The notes under the pieces: model-generated
The model's database searches: none
Told to the model about the DNA's origin: nothing
Seen by the model: only the letters and a program-made list of their open reading frames with translations
Shown here: one piece after another, positions 1-11,463 of the stretch
Position numbering within the stretch: position 1 is the stretch's first letter
Layout: every line of letters begins with the position of its first letter
Made by a program: the position numbers and the translations under genes
Assembly (NCBI GenBank): GCA_001938485.1
Contig: MQRK01186667.1
Coordinates: 3,118-61,294 of the forward strand
Length of the DNA stretch: 58,177 nucleotides
Reading direction: 5' to 3'
Source of the DNA: Girardia tigrina
Lineage: Eukaryota

Positions 1-160
1 CGACAAGAAAGCAAAGTCCAATCAACTTTATTTTTTCAGAATCAGTACATGACATCAAAGTAAATCATTTCTCAATGTATGAGCCGTGTACATCAACACA
101 CTTGCGCCAGCGAGCAACACACTCAGAGAACATATTTTTGTAAAAAGTTTTGTAAAAAAT
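1..160 (-). mobile_element. mariner transposase C-terminal fragment
   Basis: A minus-strand frame not in the ORF track reads KTFYKNMFSECVARWRKCVDVHGSYIEK* (stop at 65-67). This matches the typical mariner C-terminus (F Y..G...L..RW.KC....G.Y.EK). Confidence 0.7.
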
Positions 161-1339
161 CCCCTTCTCAATAAAGAATTAACACTCATTAGTTTGGAAA
201 GTGATTCGGTCCTCGTTGATTGGTCCTTTATGTTGATTGAAGATGGTCGATTAATCAATTAAAGTTGGCCATAACACTACCCTCTGGTATTGTAGATTGG
301 AGCAGATATGGTGTATATTATATGGTGTGTATTTACCAAGAATCGAAAAACCACACCAAAAAAAGGTTTTGACTGTTTTTTAGTTGGTGTGGGTGTTTGG
401 TAGTGAGTAATTGCATGCGAAAAAAAGGAATTTTCACTGTAAATATGTCTGGGTTAAAATGAAAAAAATATGTTTTTTGAGTCAATAGAATGTGTGATAT
501 GAATTATGTGTGTGTAAATAAAAAAATAATGAATGTAAAAAATGTTTTAATAAATTAATAATAAATTAATTATGTGCATAAAAGTAAATGAGGTTTAAAA
601 AATGTTTTTATTTATTTGTCTTTAATGAAATTTCGATCCCTAATGGTTGTGTAAGCAAATTGTGCACAGTTGTGGGATGGGGCATTTGTTAAATGCATAT
701 GGGTGGTAGGAAAATTATAAAATTTAACTCACCAAGGTGGGAATGTTCCCGAGATGGCCGTTCGACTCATTGGGATAAAAATTTTACGTATTTTCTTTTG
801 CCGTCAGAGTTTTTGATTTGTCCACGTTCTCTTTTGCTTATTAAAAATTGTCTTTTAATTAGTCACATCGAGCGTGTTTTAGATGTGTACAACGATATTT
901 TTGAAATGCAACATTTCGAATTTTTTCAACAATATGCAACCGATACCTCCTCAGTCAAAGAACAAAAATTATTTATTTCTTCAGTATTCATCTTTATTAA
1001 AGGTAAGTTCATTTCTAAATTCAATTTTGCTCTTTAAATTCTTATTTAATATAATTTTTTATCACAATTAAAATTTCAACTCTTTGAACTACAACTTGCC
1101 TCAACAATGATTCACAATTTCAAATTCAACCTCAGGACCACAATTTTAAATTCAATTTCCCTTTTGGTGTGTTTGTTCAGCTTCTTCTTTTCAGAAAACT
1201 CCTTGTAGCATCTTTCTACTGGACATTGGTGACATTTTCCTCTCTCTTTGATCAGCCTAGGTACAGTTGTTCTTGTCCTATTGAGTGTTCTTTATCAAAT
1301 TAAAGAGTTTATGTATGTTTCCCTCGATACAGTAGGGTT

Positions 1340-1720
1340 TCTGCGAATGATGCGGTTAATGAAATCTCCATATACCCTATCATCCCCAAAAAGCCACTGT
1401 ATGTCCACTTAAAGCCATTCCGAGATTGATTGCTTTTTTCTCCCACTGATCCTTTTCCCCATCTGTATGTATCCCTTCCAGATTCGTTTGATTACCTCCT
1501 ACTCCTCTGAAGTTTACGTCTTACGGTGGAAAGTAAGCCTTTTACTAGCTATAATATCCATGAGATATGGGAGTCAAATGTCCAGGATGTCCATATAGAT
1601 CTTTTCAATCTTGTGTTTCTTCTTTACTATTCTCGTGCCTACGTTATGAGAGATATTCAACTTCTTAATGTTCTTGTCCACATTCTCCAGCTTTTACAGC
1701 CGTCCTAGACTACGGCTCTT
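1340..1720 (-). mobile_element. RTE-clade non-LTR retrotransposon 3' fragment (degenerate)
   Basis: Minus-strand pieces read xGCKSW, DIIASKRLTFH and IWKGYIQMGKRISGRKK..EWL*VDIQWLFG. These resemble the RTE ORF C-terminal motifs (YGCESW / II..RRL...GH / GKR.RGR....W). Confidence 0.5.
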
Positions 1721-2683
1721 TAATGTACGAGTTTTTACACAGTGCGAATTAAATTTATAAACCAGATTAGCTTTCAATCACCACAAAGGAAGCGTTAAAC
1801 TCTGGATGTATTTAAATCCACTTTAAAACCCTATATACTCTTGTCAATATTTGTCTTCAATTATTTTAATCCTTCAGAATTTGTAATTTGATTATTTGCA
1901 TGTGCTCTACAATGTTTTCTTCATTTAATCCTTGCTAAACCTGAATTAGTATACATAATTTGTACAAACCTTATTTCGTACTAACCTTAATATTTCTCAA
2001 ACATATAGATTACAAAATTTAATTTCTTTTTCATAAACATTCTTTAAGATAGTTTTTGCGACATTATTTATCAGACATCAAAACCTTTCACAAACGTTCT
2101 AAAGTGAAACAGTAAAGCTGTCACAATTTTGAATATTTTTATTTAATATTGTGATAAATAAATCATTTTTAAATTTGAATATTTAACTATTTTTTAACTA
2201 TATATTTTTAATTATTGTATTTGTATAAAAAAATTATATTTTATGTAAAAAAAATATTTATATCTCCTTTTAAGTATGTCTATTAATTATAATAGTAAGA
2301 AACATGTGTTTGTTTATTATGATAGTAAAAATTAACATCTTATTGATATTATATTAGTGTTTAATTCTTATATTCTAATATTTTGGTGTTATTTTATTTA
2401 ACAAAACTTTTTTCTTTTACAGTCGCTTATTGCTTGCAAAAATCATAAATTTTAAGTGACAGCTTTTATGAAAAGGTTGTGGAAAAACTCCAAGACATTC
2501 TCCAGGCCGGAAGTTTAGATGTCAAGATTTATCATATAGATTGTATACCAAATTCTTACTTTCTTCAATTTTCTTTGAAATTGAAAATTCAACATTTTGA
2601 AAACAATTTATTAATTTAAATTATTTTTCAAAATCTTTTAAATAAATTTTAAATTATCTTAGTTTAATATAATATGTAATATA

Positions 2684-3971
2684 CTTAGGCTGTCCCACAA
2701 GTCCTCAGGTGGCCTTTAAAAACACACTAATATTTTACCAAATTTAACTAAATTTGGACTGAATATTATTCAGACTCTCATAAATACTGTGTTAAAATTT
2801 CAAAGCATAAAATTAAATTAATTAAATTAAAATTAATTTTAAAAAAGAAAAGCGTACGTCCTTCGACGATTCATCAAGAAGTGGCAGGCCGTCATTAATA
2901 GACGATGAAAAGATTAAAGCAGTCAAAGAAATGATTGATGAAGCTCTAAATACGTCTTTGCGTTATATTGAAAATGAACTTTCTTTAGGCAAAAATACAG
3001 TCCACAAAATTTTGCGTGAAAAACTTCATTACAAAAAAGTTTGCTCTGTTTGGATCCCTCACAAACTTTCTGCTGCTAATAAACAACAACACATTAACAC
3101 TGCAAAGCATATACGCCATGTAATTTCACAGATTGGTGATGAAGCATATTCCAACATAGCGATCGAGGATGAGACATGGGTCTTTTTCCAAGGTAGAGGA
3201 AAGAAAGAAGATCACAAAGTTTGGATTCCTTCTAATGCTGTTCCACCAAGAGTAATAAAGCCATCACCAATGATAGATAAAATATCTCTTGTTTTCGTAA
3301 CCTTTACCTGCAACAAACGTTTTAATGTAAAAGCACTGCCATATGGTACCAAGATTGATTCCGAGACGTATATGAACTTTGTAAAATGGTAAAAATGGCG
3401 GAAACTTAGATCTAACAGCATCAAGCTAAAGAAACTTAAGTGGTGGCATGATAATACAAGACCTCATTCTAGCAAAGAAACAACTCTTTTTTTTGAAAGA
3501 AGAAAAATTGAAAAATTTATCAATCGCCCTATAGTCCAGATTTTAATCTGTGTGACAGATTCTTGTTTTCAAAAATGAAGAAAAGTTTTAAAAATCATGT
3601 TTTCAAATCACATGAAGAAATTGAAGAAGCTTGTAAATTCTTTTTTAATTCTTTATCAACAGATACATTAAAAAATCAACTAGATAAACTTTTTAACTAT
3701 TGTCAGTTGGTTATTGACAACAATGGTGAATATGTTGTTGCTTAAGAAATTTTTAAAATATTTTTTTTAAATAAATTTTCAAATTCACTGCATCAAATTT
3801 TTTTGTTTGTTAATAATATTATTTTTTTTGGTAAGTTTCAAATTTTATGCTTTGAAATTTTAACAGAGTATTTATGACAGTCTGAATAACATTCAGTCCA
3901 AATTTGGATAAATTTGGTAAAATATTAGTGTGTTTTTAAAGGCCACCTGAGGACTTTTGGGACAGTCTAAG
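2684..3971 (+). mobile_element. mariner (DD34D) element with about 131-bp terminal inverted repeats, defective
   Basis: TIRs at 2684-2814 and 3841-3971 (CTTAGGCTGTCCC...), flanked by TA. Transposase motifs SGRP, WIPHKL, DETW, HDNTRPH and YSPDFNLCD give 34-residue D-D spacing after one frameshift. It carries a stop and lacks the N-terminus. Confidence 0.92.
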
Positions 3972-4019
3972 TATATTCATATTTGAAGAGCTCTTTTATG
4001 ATATTTGAATCAATGTTTT

Positions 4020-4332
4020 TGTTATGGGAACTCACACATTGATTATAATTTTGTTAGATGTGTAATTATGATCATCCTTAAGATAATTTGTAGTTGAGCT
4101 TTTAGTCGTTGACATCGTTTGAAAACATTATTATTTTTTGTCCGATCATCTTAACTATTTTGACACCTGAAGAATCCGTAAAAATATATAAAAATAAATA
4201 ATAAGCATTTAATCTAAATTTAAATCAAATTAGTTTGAATTAACATATTATTTATCCATCTGAGTAGGAAAGACAATCCAAAATCAACACAACATCCAAA
4301 CACAAAAATCAACATTCCAAGTAATTTTTACA
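4020..4332 (-). mobile_element. solo LTR (TGTGAGG family), 313 bp
   Basis: TG...CA termini and a perfect 5-bp TSD GTTTT (4015-4019 / 4333-4337). Its 3' end GTGTGAGTTCCCATAACA matches the LTR end at 57990, and it has the conserved TCCTACTCAGATG box. Confidence 0.85.
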
Positions 4333-4509
4333 GTTTTTATCCTCAGACGTAATGCACTCAATAAATTCATGACCTAATACAGAATTAATTTAAGCCTCCG
4401 AAAAAACAATAGTTGGGATACAAACACTGTATGCGAAAATTTTTTTCCGGTTTTTTTATTATTCAAAGATTGGACAGAAGCATGCTGCTATAAAATGAAA
4501 GATGATATA

Positions 4510-5010
4510 TATGAGGAATATTTTAAATTGTTTGAATGTGTAAATGTATGAATGTGGTATGTTGATTTAAGTATGTTGAATTTAGAATGGTGATTCTCCC
4601 ACCCAGATGGAAATTGGTATTTTTTATTAAGTTTAAAGTGATTGACTATTCGAACATAATTAAAATAATCATTTTAAAAGTTCCTATCTTTAATTTCAGA
4701 ATTAAAATTAAGATTAATAAATTTTAGTAAAATTTAAATTAAATGCATTTTTAATAATTTGATGTCATTTTTATTATTTTGGGATTTATTGAAAAATGAT
4801 AAAAATTATTATTTTTAATTAATATTTTTTAGTGGTTAAATATTTTAAAAAATAATTTAGAAAAAATTTTCGAATAATCATGATTAAAAACAGAAATAAG
4901 GAAACCAATTAGAACGATGGCAAACGATGAAAGACCTTCTGAGAGTCATTATGACTCTAAATGTAATTGCAATAAAGATTTAAACGAGACTTGTTTAAAT
5001 GTTCTTAATA
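4510..5010 (+). mobile_element. solo LTR (TGTGAGG family), 501 bp
   Basis: Runs TATGAGGAATATTT...GTTCTTAATA with TSD ATATA/ATATG, and is colinear with 13332-13861. Confidence 0.85.
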
Positions 5011-5126
5011 ATATGCAAAAGTTTTTCTTCGAAAAGATTGAAAAACTCCAGGAAAGAATACAAAAACACAATATGATGAATAAGAGTATCGTGGAAGCAT
5101 TATTATTAAACTGTTGTGATGAAATA

Positions 5127-6373
5127 TTAGATTGTTGCGAAAGGAATACAGATTTTTAATTTTTTATATTTACCACAATGTTATACGACTAAAGCATGTA
5201 TGATGTTATGAATTGTATGTCATTTGAAAGCTTACTTTATATTCTTTCAGATATATTTGTCTAAAACTTATTATAATGTTTCTTTTGATAATAATTTTAA
5301 TTACAGATGTCAAAACATGATTTTCGCAACATTTATTTCTACGAGTTCAAGCTAAAGTGTAATGTAGCTCAAACCGCTCGACATATCAACGAAGTTTGGG
5401 GCAAGGAAAGTGTCAACGAATGTATGGTACAGCGCTGGTAATATCAGCTTGATCGGTGAGCCTCATGACAGTCACCCATCGTCGATTGACAACGATAAAT
5501 TGAAGGAGCTGGTGGAAGCCGATCCACGCACAACTGTTCGAGCACTCGCAGAAGAACTTAAGGTTGATCTCTCAACCGTCGCCCGGCACTTGAAGCAAAC
5601 TAAAAAGTCAAAAAAGCTCGATAAGTGGGTGCCTCACGAATTGAACGAAAGTCCAAAAAATCAACGTTTTGAGGTGTCTTCTGCGCTTCTTCTGTTAACA
5701 AGAACGACCCGTTTCTCGATTGGTTTGTAACATGTGATGAGATGTGGATTCTCTACGACAATTGGTGACGTTCGGCACAATGATTGGACAACGATGACGC
5801 TCCTCACAACTTTTCGAAACTGAAACTCAACCAAAAGAAGGTTCTAGTGACTGTTTGGGGGTCTGCAGCCGGTCTCATCCATCACAACTTTCTGAATACG
5901 GGTGAAACTATCACCGCAAAGAAAAACTGCCAGCAAATTGACAAAATACATCATGAGCTGTGCCCAAGATTGATCAATATGAAGGAGCTAATTCTCATCC
6001 ACGACAAAGCCCGGCCACACAACGTAAAACCGAACCTACAAAAGCTAAACAAATTGGGCTATGAAACTCTGCCTCATCCACCCTACTCACCGGACTTCTC
6101 ACCAACCGATTGCCATTTTTTCAAGCATCTAGACAACTTCCTCCAGGAAAAATGCTTCAAAAACCAAGAAGACATCAAAGACGCCTTTAACTATTTCATC
6201 ACATCCAGAACTCAGGAGTTCTTCACAAGGGGCATCAATAATGTTGTTTCTCGTTGGGAAAAATATATTGATTCTGTTGGTTTTTATTTCGATTAATAAA
6301 GTTTATTCTGTACTGAGTTACATTTATTTAAAGTTTATGTTCAAAAACCTACATTGCTTTTGTCACAACCTAA
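5127..6373 (+). mobile_element. mariner element (cecropia/Hsmar1-like), defective
   Basis: Degenerate TIRs TTAGATTGTTGCGAAAGG / rc TTAGGTTGTGACAAAAGC. The transposase starts at ATG 5307 (MSKHDFRNIYFYEFKL) and has WVPHEL, TCDEMW, HDKARPH and YSPDFSPTD motifs, with frameshifts and stops. Confidence 0.92.
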
Positions 6374-6556
6374 GAGATATAAAGAAAGTTATTTGATTGA
6401 ATAATTCGAAAAGAGTTGAAGAAATAAAAGAGAAAATTGATGCAGTACATAATGTTATAAAGGTGTTACAAGGGTACCACGTTAGTTGTGATTATTAATT
6501 TGTTTAAGTATTCTAAAAAGATTGTAAATAATAAATAAAATCTACTTGTTGATATC

Positions 6557-7504
6557 ATGAATCCTGAAGTTAAATCTGGAGATTTAACTGGTGACCATGC
6601 TGGTGTTCCAATAAATGTTTTGAGGCTTCCTAAACTAGAACTGCCATCAATCTTTAAGGAAATCCTCGAGAAGAAAATGAAGGAGTACAATGGAGTGGAT
6701 TCTGAAGAAGGTCAAATATGGTATAGAGACATATGCCAATGCTCAGAATTATTTGAATTAACATTCTCGGAAATGTGTAACTATTTGTTGATAGTAGAAG
6801 CAAAAATTCTTTGGGGCAATGCAACAGAAGAGGGTAAGAAACCAATGTCAGATATGGAATCCAAAAATTGGTTCCAGAAAACATTTATAAAGAAAGTACC
6901 GCTGTTGGAAGAATTGGACAAATTAAGCCAAATTTATCAAGGTGAGATTGAAAGATTCTTAACATTCGAATTAATGGTTCGAAAAACAATTGAAAATTTT
7001 AGGAAACACAACGATGAAGAAATTTTGAATGAACTTTTGAAAAAGCGGATGAAATCTCAAGTTCTGAAGGATCGATTTGTTTTCAAACTAAACATGTCGG
7101 TGGACGAAATGAGAGCGGAAGCTAAGATTTATGAGGACAACATATCAAAAGAAGAAAGAAATGATGTTTTAGCAGTCAAAACATCGTATGCAGAAATGGC
7201 AAAGAAAGACAAACATCAAGTTAGAAGATATAAGAATCCTGAACATAGAAGAAATACAGCTCGATTGAATGAAACAAACGATAGACAACCTATATCTAGA
7301 ACGGAACGTAGAATACCATCGGAAAGATTTAATAAAATTAATGAGAAAGGATCCAGTAGAATGTCAGAAGATAAACAACAATATAAAAAAAAACCAGGGC
7401 ACATGTTGAGGACGACTACGGCCCGAATCATGGTGCGGATGTACTCATGTACCAACCGGGCACTTTTGCTCTTTGATAAAAAAAAATCAAAGAAAAAAAC
7501 ATGA
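6557..7504 (+). CDS. Ty3/gypsy retrotransposon Gag-like protein (315 aa, no pol downstream)
   Basis: Long open frame with a gag capsid pattern (Y.G......W ... A...W ... F...F ... L..I.QG..E.F..F). A PBS-like TGGTGACC lies at 6589 near the ORF start. Homology is by eye only. Confidence 0.65.
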   Translation: MNPEVKSGDLTGDHAGVPINVLRLPKLELPSIFKEILEKKMKEYNGVDSEEGQIWYRDICQCSELFELTFSEMCNYLLIVEAKILWGNATEEGKKPMSDMESKNWFQKTFIKKVPLLEELDKLSQIYQGEIERFLTFELMVRKTIENFRKHNDEEILNELLKKRMKSQVLKDRFVFKLNMSVDEMRAEAKIYEDNISKEERNDVLAVKTSYAEMAKKDKHQVRRYKNPEHRRNTARLNETNDRQPISRTERRIPSERFNKINEKGSSRMSEDKQQYKKKPGHMLRTTTARIMVRMYSCTNRALLLFDKKKSKKKT

Positions 7505-8346
7505 GCAACAAATTGTTTATTCATTATCAAATTATAACTATTTGAATTTCTTGTAATAATGTCTACAAACTTCATTCTTTATAACCGAATAAATTAATGT
7601 AAGAAAATGAATTATGAGAAACGTGAATTACTATTGCCGTCTGTTATTGATACCAAGAATAGTATTGAAAAATCTACGTATGCTGCAAAGTAATAATTTT
7701 TGGAAAACTTTTCACAGTAGTCGTCGAAAAAATGAGTGAACATTTGTTCATCTGAGTTTTGTCACCAAGGAATAAATTATTGTAAACTCAATATGAATTT
7801 TTAATAAAGCATTCTGTTAGGATTAGTTTTAAATGATTATTTTAATTAACTATTTTTTGAATCAAAAGAAAATAATGTGAGTCTATTCTGTGAAAAAATT
7901 TATAAATGAAAAAAATATAAATTTATTAAAACTTGCAATTGACAAAAACTAAAGACAAGGTGTACTCAAATAATCTGCTATTACAAGGAAACAATGTCAA
8001 TATTTGAAAATGCCACATGTTACAAAATTATTAAAGAAAAAAATCAAATGATTTTAAAAATTTAATATATAAACATTATTATTAATAATTAATTCTACAG
8101 TTATGTTTATAAATAAATATTAATAAGATTTTGTAACTAGGATTTAATATAAATATACAATTATGAACAATTATTAGAGTAAACAAAAAGTTCTTTCCAC
8201 TTTTTTAATTCTTTAGTATAATTGTTTTTTTATTAGAGAAATATATTTTATATTTGTTTATTAAATACTATTTTAAGGGTCTATTATAATACATGTTACA
8301 AATTGGGATCAATTGTTTATTGATATTTTCAACCTCTAGAAACATC

Positions 8347-8750
8347 ATGAAAAAATAGAAATTCTAATTTTTGACCCATTATTGGAAACCAGGTATTAAT
8401 CCAGCGGCCGCTATAAAAATGATATACAAAGTTGGTAGTGAAAATGAGTTCTTGAATTGTACAGTGCGAAATTGGTTTTAAATGTTTATGGCGGNNNNNN
8501 NNNNNNNNNNNNNCACCTTCCCGCCGAGCTTTGACAGTGAATTAAGAAGCAATATTTGAAGCCATCGAAACATATCCATTAACAAGCACTAGTAAATTGT
8601 CTTTTTAACATAAGTTTCATCAACAATAAGGGTTCAGCATCTTCCTGACACTGAAAGGGTCATTAAGTATTACTGAGAGATGATTTATCAATTGAATGAA
8701 ATTCAAGCTCAACCACAGAAAGAGACCAGGCAAAAAATAATTCGAATTTT
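8347..8750 (+). mobile_element. mariner transposase N-terminal fragment
   Basis: Reads FLTHYWKPGINPAAAIKMIYKV...TVRNWF and EAIETYPLTSTSKLS, homologous to the mariner at 32825-33007. Confidence 0.7.
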
Positions 8751-9530
8751 GGCCTGATTTTTAAAACAAATTATCAAAAATTTTAACTAATTTTATATTT
8801 ACGTATTCAATAGACAAAATATAAAGCAATTAAAAATATCCAGAGTAACAATGTTAAGTCATTGTCAAATTATTACTATTTGAATTTATTGTAATCATGG
8901 CTTGTTTTGCTATAAATTTTATTTTGAATGATTGTTACACCCTAGAAAGGGAGGAAAATGAAATATACAATGAAGACATGAAATATAAAGCAATAGTTTG
9001 GGATTTGATAAATTTGGTCCAAGAAACTATTGCCTATTGTTCTGAACAATCAAACCTTAATAAAAATCTTGCAGAAACAAAGTCCATTTAAAATGTACCA
9101 TTAATTGTTGAACCACTCTATGCTATTTTAACTGACGGCATTCTACACTATCAGAAAAATATTGTATCAATAAATAGTCGAAATCTATTGTAGAATATCG
9201 TAGAAATGAGCTGCAATAACGCTGAATATATGAATGAAATAATGAAAACTGTTAAAATTTCCAACGACGAATGAAAAAAGAAAGAAAGAGGCATATGTTG
9301 GCAAATAAAAGAAATTAAATATAAATTTGAAAATAACAAATCACAACGTGGTGATAAAGAAAAACAATTTTTTCACGTGGCCGTTTCTGATTGGCATAAT
9401 TGTTATGACATTTATTTTGTGATCAATTTTTTCACAAAAAAAAGGTCGTCCCATGCTCTGGCATTGGGGTGATTGAGATGGTTTCTTTGCAAACATCAAA
9501 AAGCGATGAAAATTTTGGAGAGTGTGAAAG

Positions 9531-10330
9531 AGTGATACCTCACTTTCGTAGGGCGGAGTGTGTTGGATATTTTTTCATGTGTGTATTTCTTGTACTTTTA
9601 TATATTTGGGAATGTACAGTTTTTTTTATTGTCTGTTGTTTTTTTTGTGATTTATTTTTGGTAAGGCGTTGTCCTATACAATTGACTTAAATCGTAGTGC
9701 AGACGAGGAAAAGATTTTCCAAACGAACAAAAAAAAGAATAAAAGATATTTCAAAAAAATCAATAAATCTCTGATTTACAATGAATTATGATGGCTCACT
9801 CAACTTTGATCATGTCTTTACAATTTGACTCAACTATTGAGCACAATATGTCAATCGTGTGTGTTTCTGTAGTCAGGATGGAAGCAGAATTTTTAAACAG
9901 CGTTATAATACTGCCACTGTCAGAAGCTGTTGTGTTCACAATTACTCAATAATCACGAGGGCTTATTGTGTACATTGCCCGCTTTTACGGTTCTATAATG
10001 ATTGTAACATTGACACGACGAATAGACGAGCGATAGAATATGCAAATGATGAGCTCTTAACAATCGAGTATGAATGGAGTTTTAAAAATCATCGACGAAC
10101 AAACCCAACTGAAACACCACAGAAAATAGTTGGAAAATCAGAGACAAAAATGAGATAAATCAGATTATCTAATTTCTGAGGCTCTGTGTTGAGAATATTA
10201 TCGACATTGCAACTGTGTTTCTTCAGTTTCTCCACGACTGCTGCGGTGATCTCGTCCTTCGTCTAGCTTGAAAGCAGCAGATTCAATAACACATGGTGTC
10301 GGAACGTCTAAAATGCTCTAATCACAGACT
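9531..10330 (+). repeat. dispersed repeat family B, copy 1 (LTR-like, (T)GTGATACCTCA start)
   Basis: Shares GTGATACCTCA, a GT-rich tract and AGCGTTATAATACTG in the same order with the minus strand of 30860-31394. The right boundary is uncertain. Confidence 0.55.
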
Positions 10331-10520
10331 TATATCATCACAATCAAAAGTTAAATTGCACATTTTATCATGAGCAAATTTCAAATATGACTTTTCAACA
10401 CAAATGACTTTTCATTATTTTTAATTGAAAAATATCTTAAAAAAAATGTTTTTAGAAAATATTTTCAATCGCTACATTCAGTTTCAAATTTTGTCAATAA
10501 AATATTAGAATTTCAAAAAA

Positions 10521-11025
10521 ATGGAGAACGTTCCGATAATTAACTTTAATGATATTATGTTTTATGATTTATGTATTAAAAAGCAATCAATAAATAAATT
10601 GATGAATTTTTGGCAAGAATTACTTACCGCTGAATTAGCAAGTGTGAATATTAATTCCATGTACGTTTTTTTTGATTCAAGAATTAAATGTTTTTATCAG
10701 TTATTTTTTTTCGATTCAAGTTTTTATTCTAATTGTTAATAGTCTTACTATTTGATAATAAATTAGTCTAACTCTATATATCTCTATATTGAGTTAGGTT
10801 AGTTTTAGTATTTTGTTCTAAAGTAAAAATAGAAATTTGTCAATTCACGCAAATATCTATTTTTACAGAGAGTATGACGACGTAATCGGGATAAGATAGG
10901 CCAATAGATCTGTTAAATTATTCAATTTTGTCCATAGTTCCGGAGATTCTGATGACTATGGTTTTACAGAGCGTGAATTGAGGCTTGAATATTTGAGAGC
11001 TTTTCTGTGTTTATCATGGAATCCT
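10521..11025 (+). pseudogene. MIOS (GATOR2 WD40 subunit)-like 5' exon fragments, decayed
   Basis: After a TTTTACAG acceptor (10868) the frame reads DVIGIR*ANRSVKL...DDYGFTERELRLEYLRAFLCLSWNP, resembling MIOS LAVGQANGRVVL...GKEFVPKHARQCNTLAWNP. Upstream ORF 10521 (DIMFYDL...TAELASVN) weakly resembles the preceding MIOS segment. There is an in-frame TAG. Confidence 0.45.
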
Positions 11026-11044
11026 GGAATAAGAATGCTTAGGC

Positions 11045-11345
11045 TCAAGTTTTTGATAACCATGCCTGCCGTAAGAAATGGTGATGAAAATTGGCATAAA
11101 ACTCGACAGTGAAGAGTACAAGTTGTAAGTGAATGGTTTGTTGAAGTGTATTATGAGAAATTTGCTGCCGGCGGGCAGCACGCTCCTTCAGATGATCCGC
11201 ATCCATTTGCCGAGTATTACGATTTCCAAGAAATATCGGACCAATCGTCTCTTAGAGAGACCTCTAGACGATGTGGTCGTCATAAAGATGAAGAACTGTG
11301 ACCCAAACGGGCATTTGGTGATGTATGTCAGCAAAATAGTTCAAA
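11045..11345 (+). pseudogene. EEF2: elongation factor 2 internal fragment, decayed
   Basis: Reads [42 protein letters not shown]...KYR...L..PLDD......NCDPNGHLVMYVSKIV. This matches eEF2 [43 protein letters not shown]...CDPKGPLMMYISKMV. It has a stop and is truncated at both ends. Confidence 0.85.
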
Positions 11346-11459
11346 CTCTGTGTGAGATACCGTTGTATTTTTCACAACTACCCTGGGAACTCCCCCCCCC
11401 CGACGACACCATGTTTTAGTTTCTTACCATGTTTAAATATTTCATACTTGACAACCTTA
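11346..11459 (-). mobile_element. isolated mariner terminus
   Basis: Reverse complement begins TAAGGTTGTCAAGTATGAAA, matching the TIR at 15672, and is flanked by TA. Confidence 0.6.
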
Positions 11460-11463
11460 TATA

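Larger units (their letters stand above)
3975..6460 (+). pseudogene. fossil Ty3/gypsy gag fragment interrupted by two solo LTRs and a mariner
   Basis: Removing the inserts at 4020-4332, 4510-5010 and 5127-6373 gives YKMKDDMQKFFFEKIEKLQERIQKH...LLLNCCDEIDIKKVI*LNNSKRVEEIKEKIDAVHNV. This aligns without gaps to the gag at 26.77-26.99 kb (YRKGKDSAIIYCNKIEKMVDRILNH...FLKHCVDDIDGKKQIYMEEAKSQETIKTVIEKMDNI). Confidence 0.7.

Noticed and set aside
4917-5159. 80-aa ORF as a novel gene
   Set aside because: It is a chimera: it starts inside a solo LTR (to 5010), crosses a fossil gag segment and ends in a mariner TIR (from 5127).
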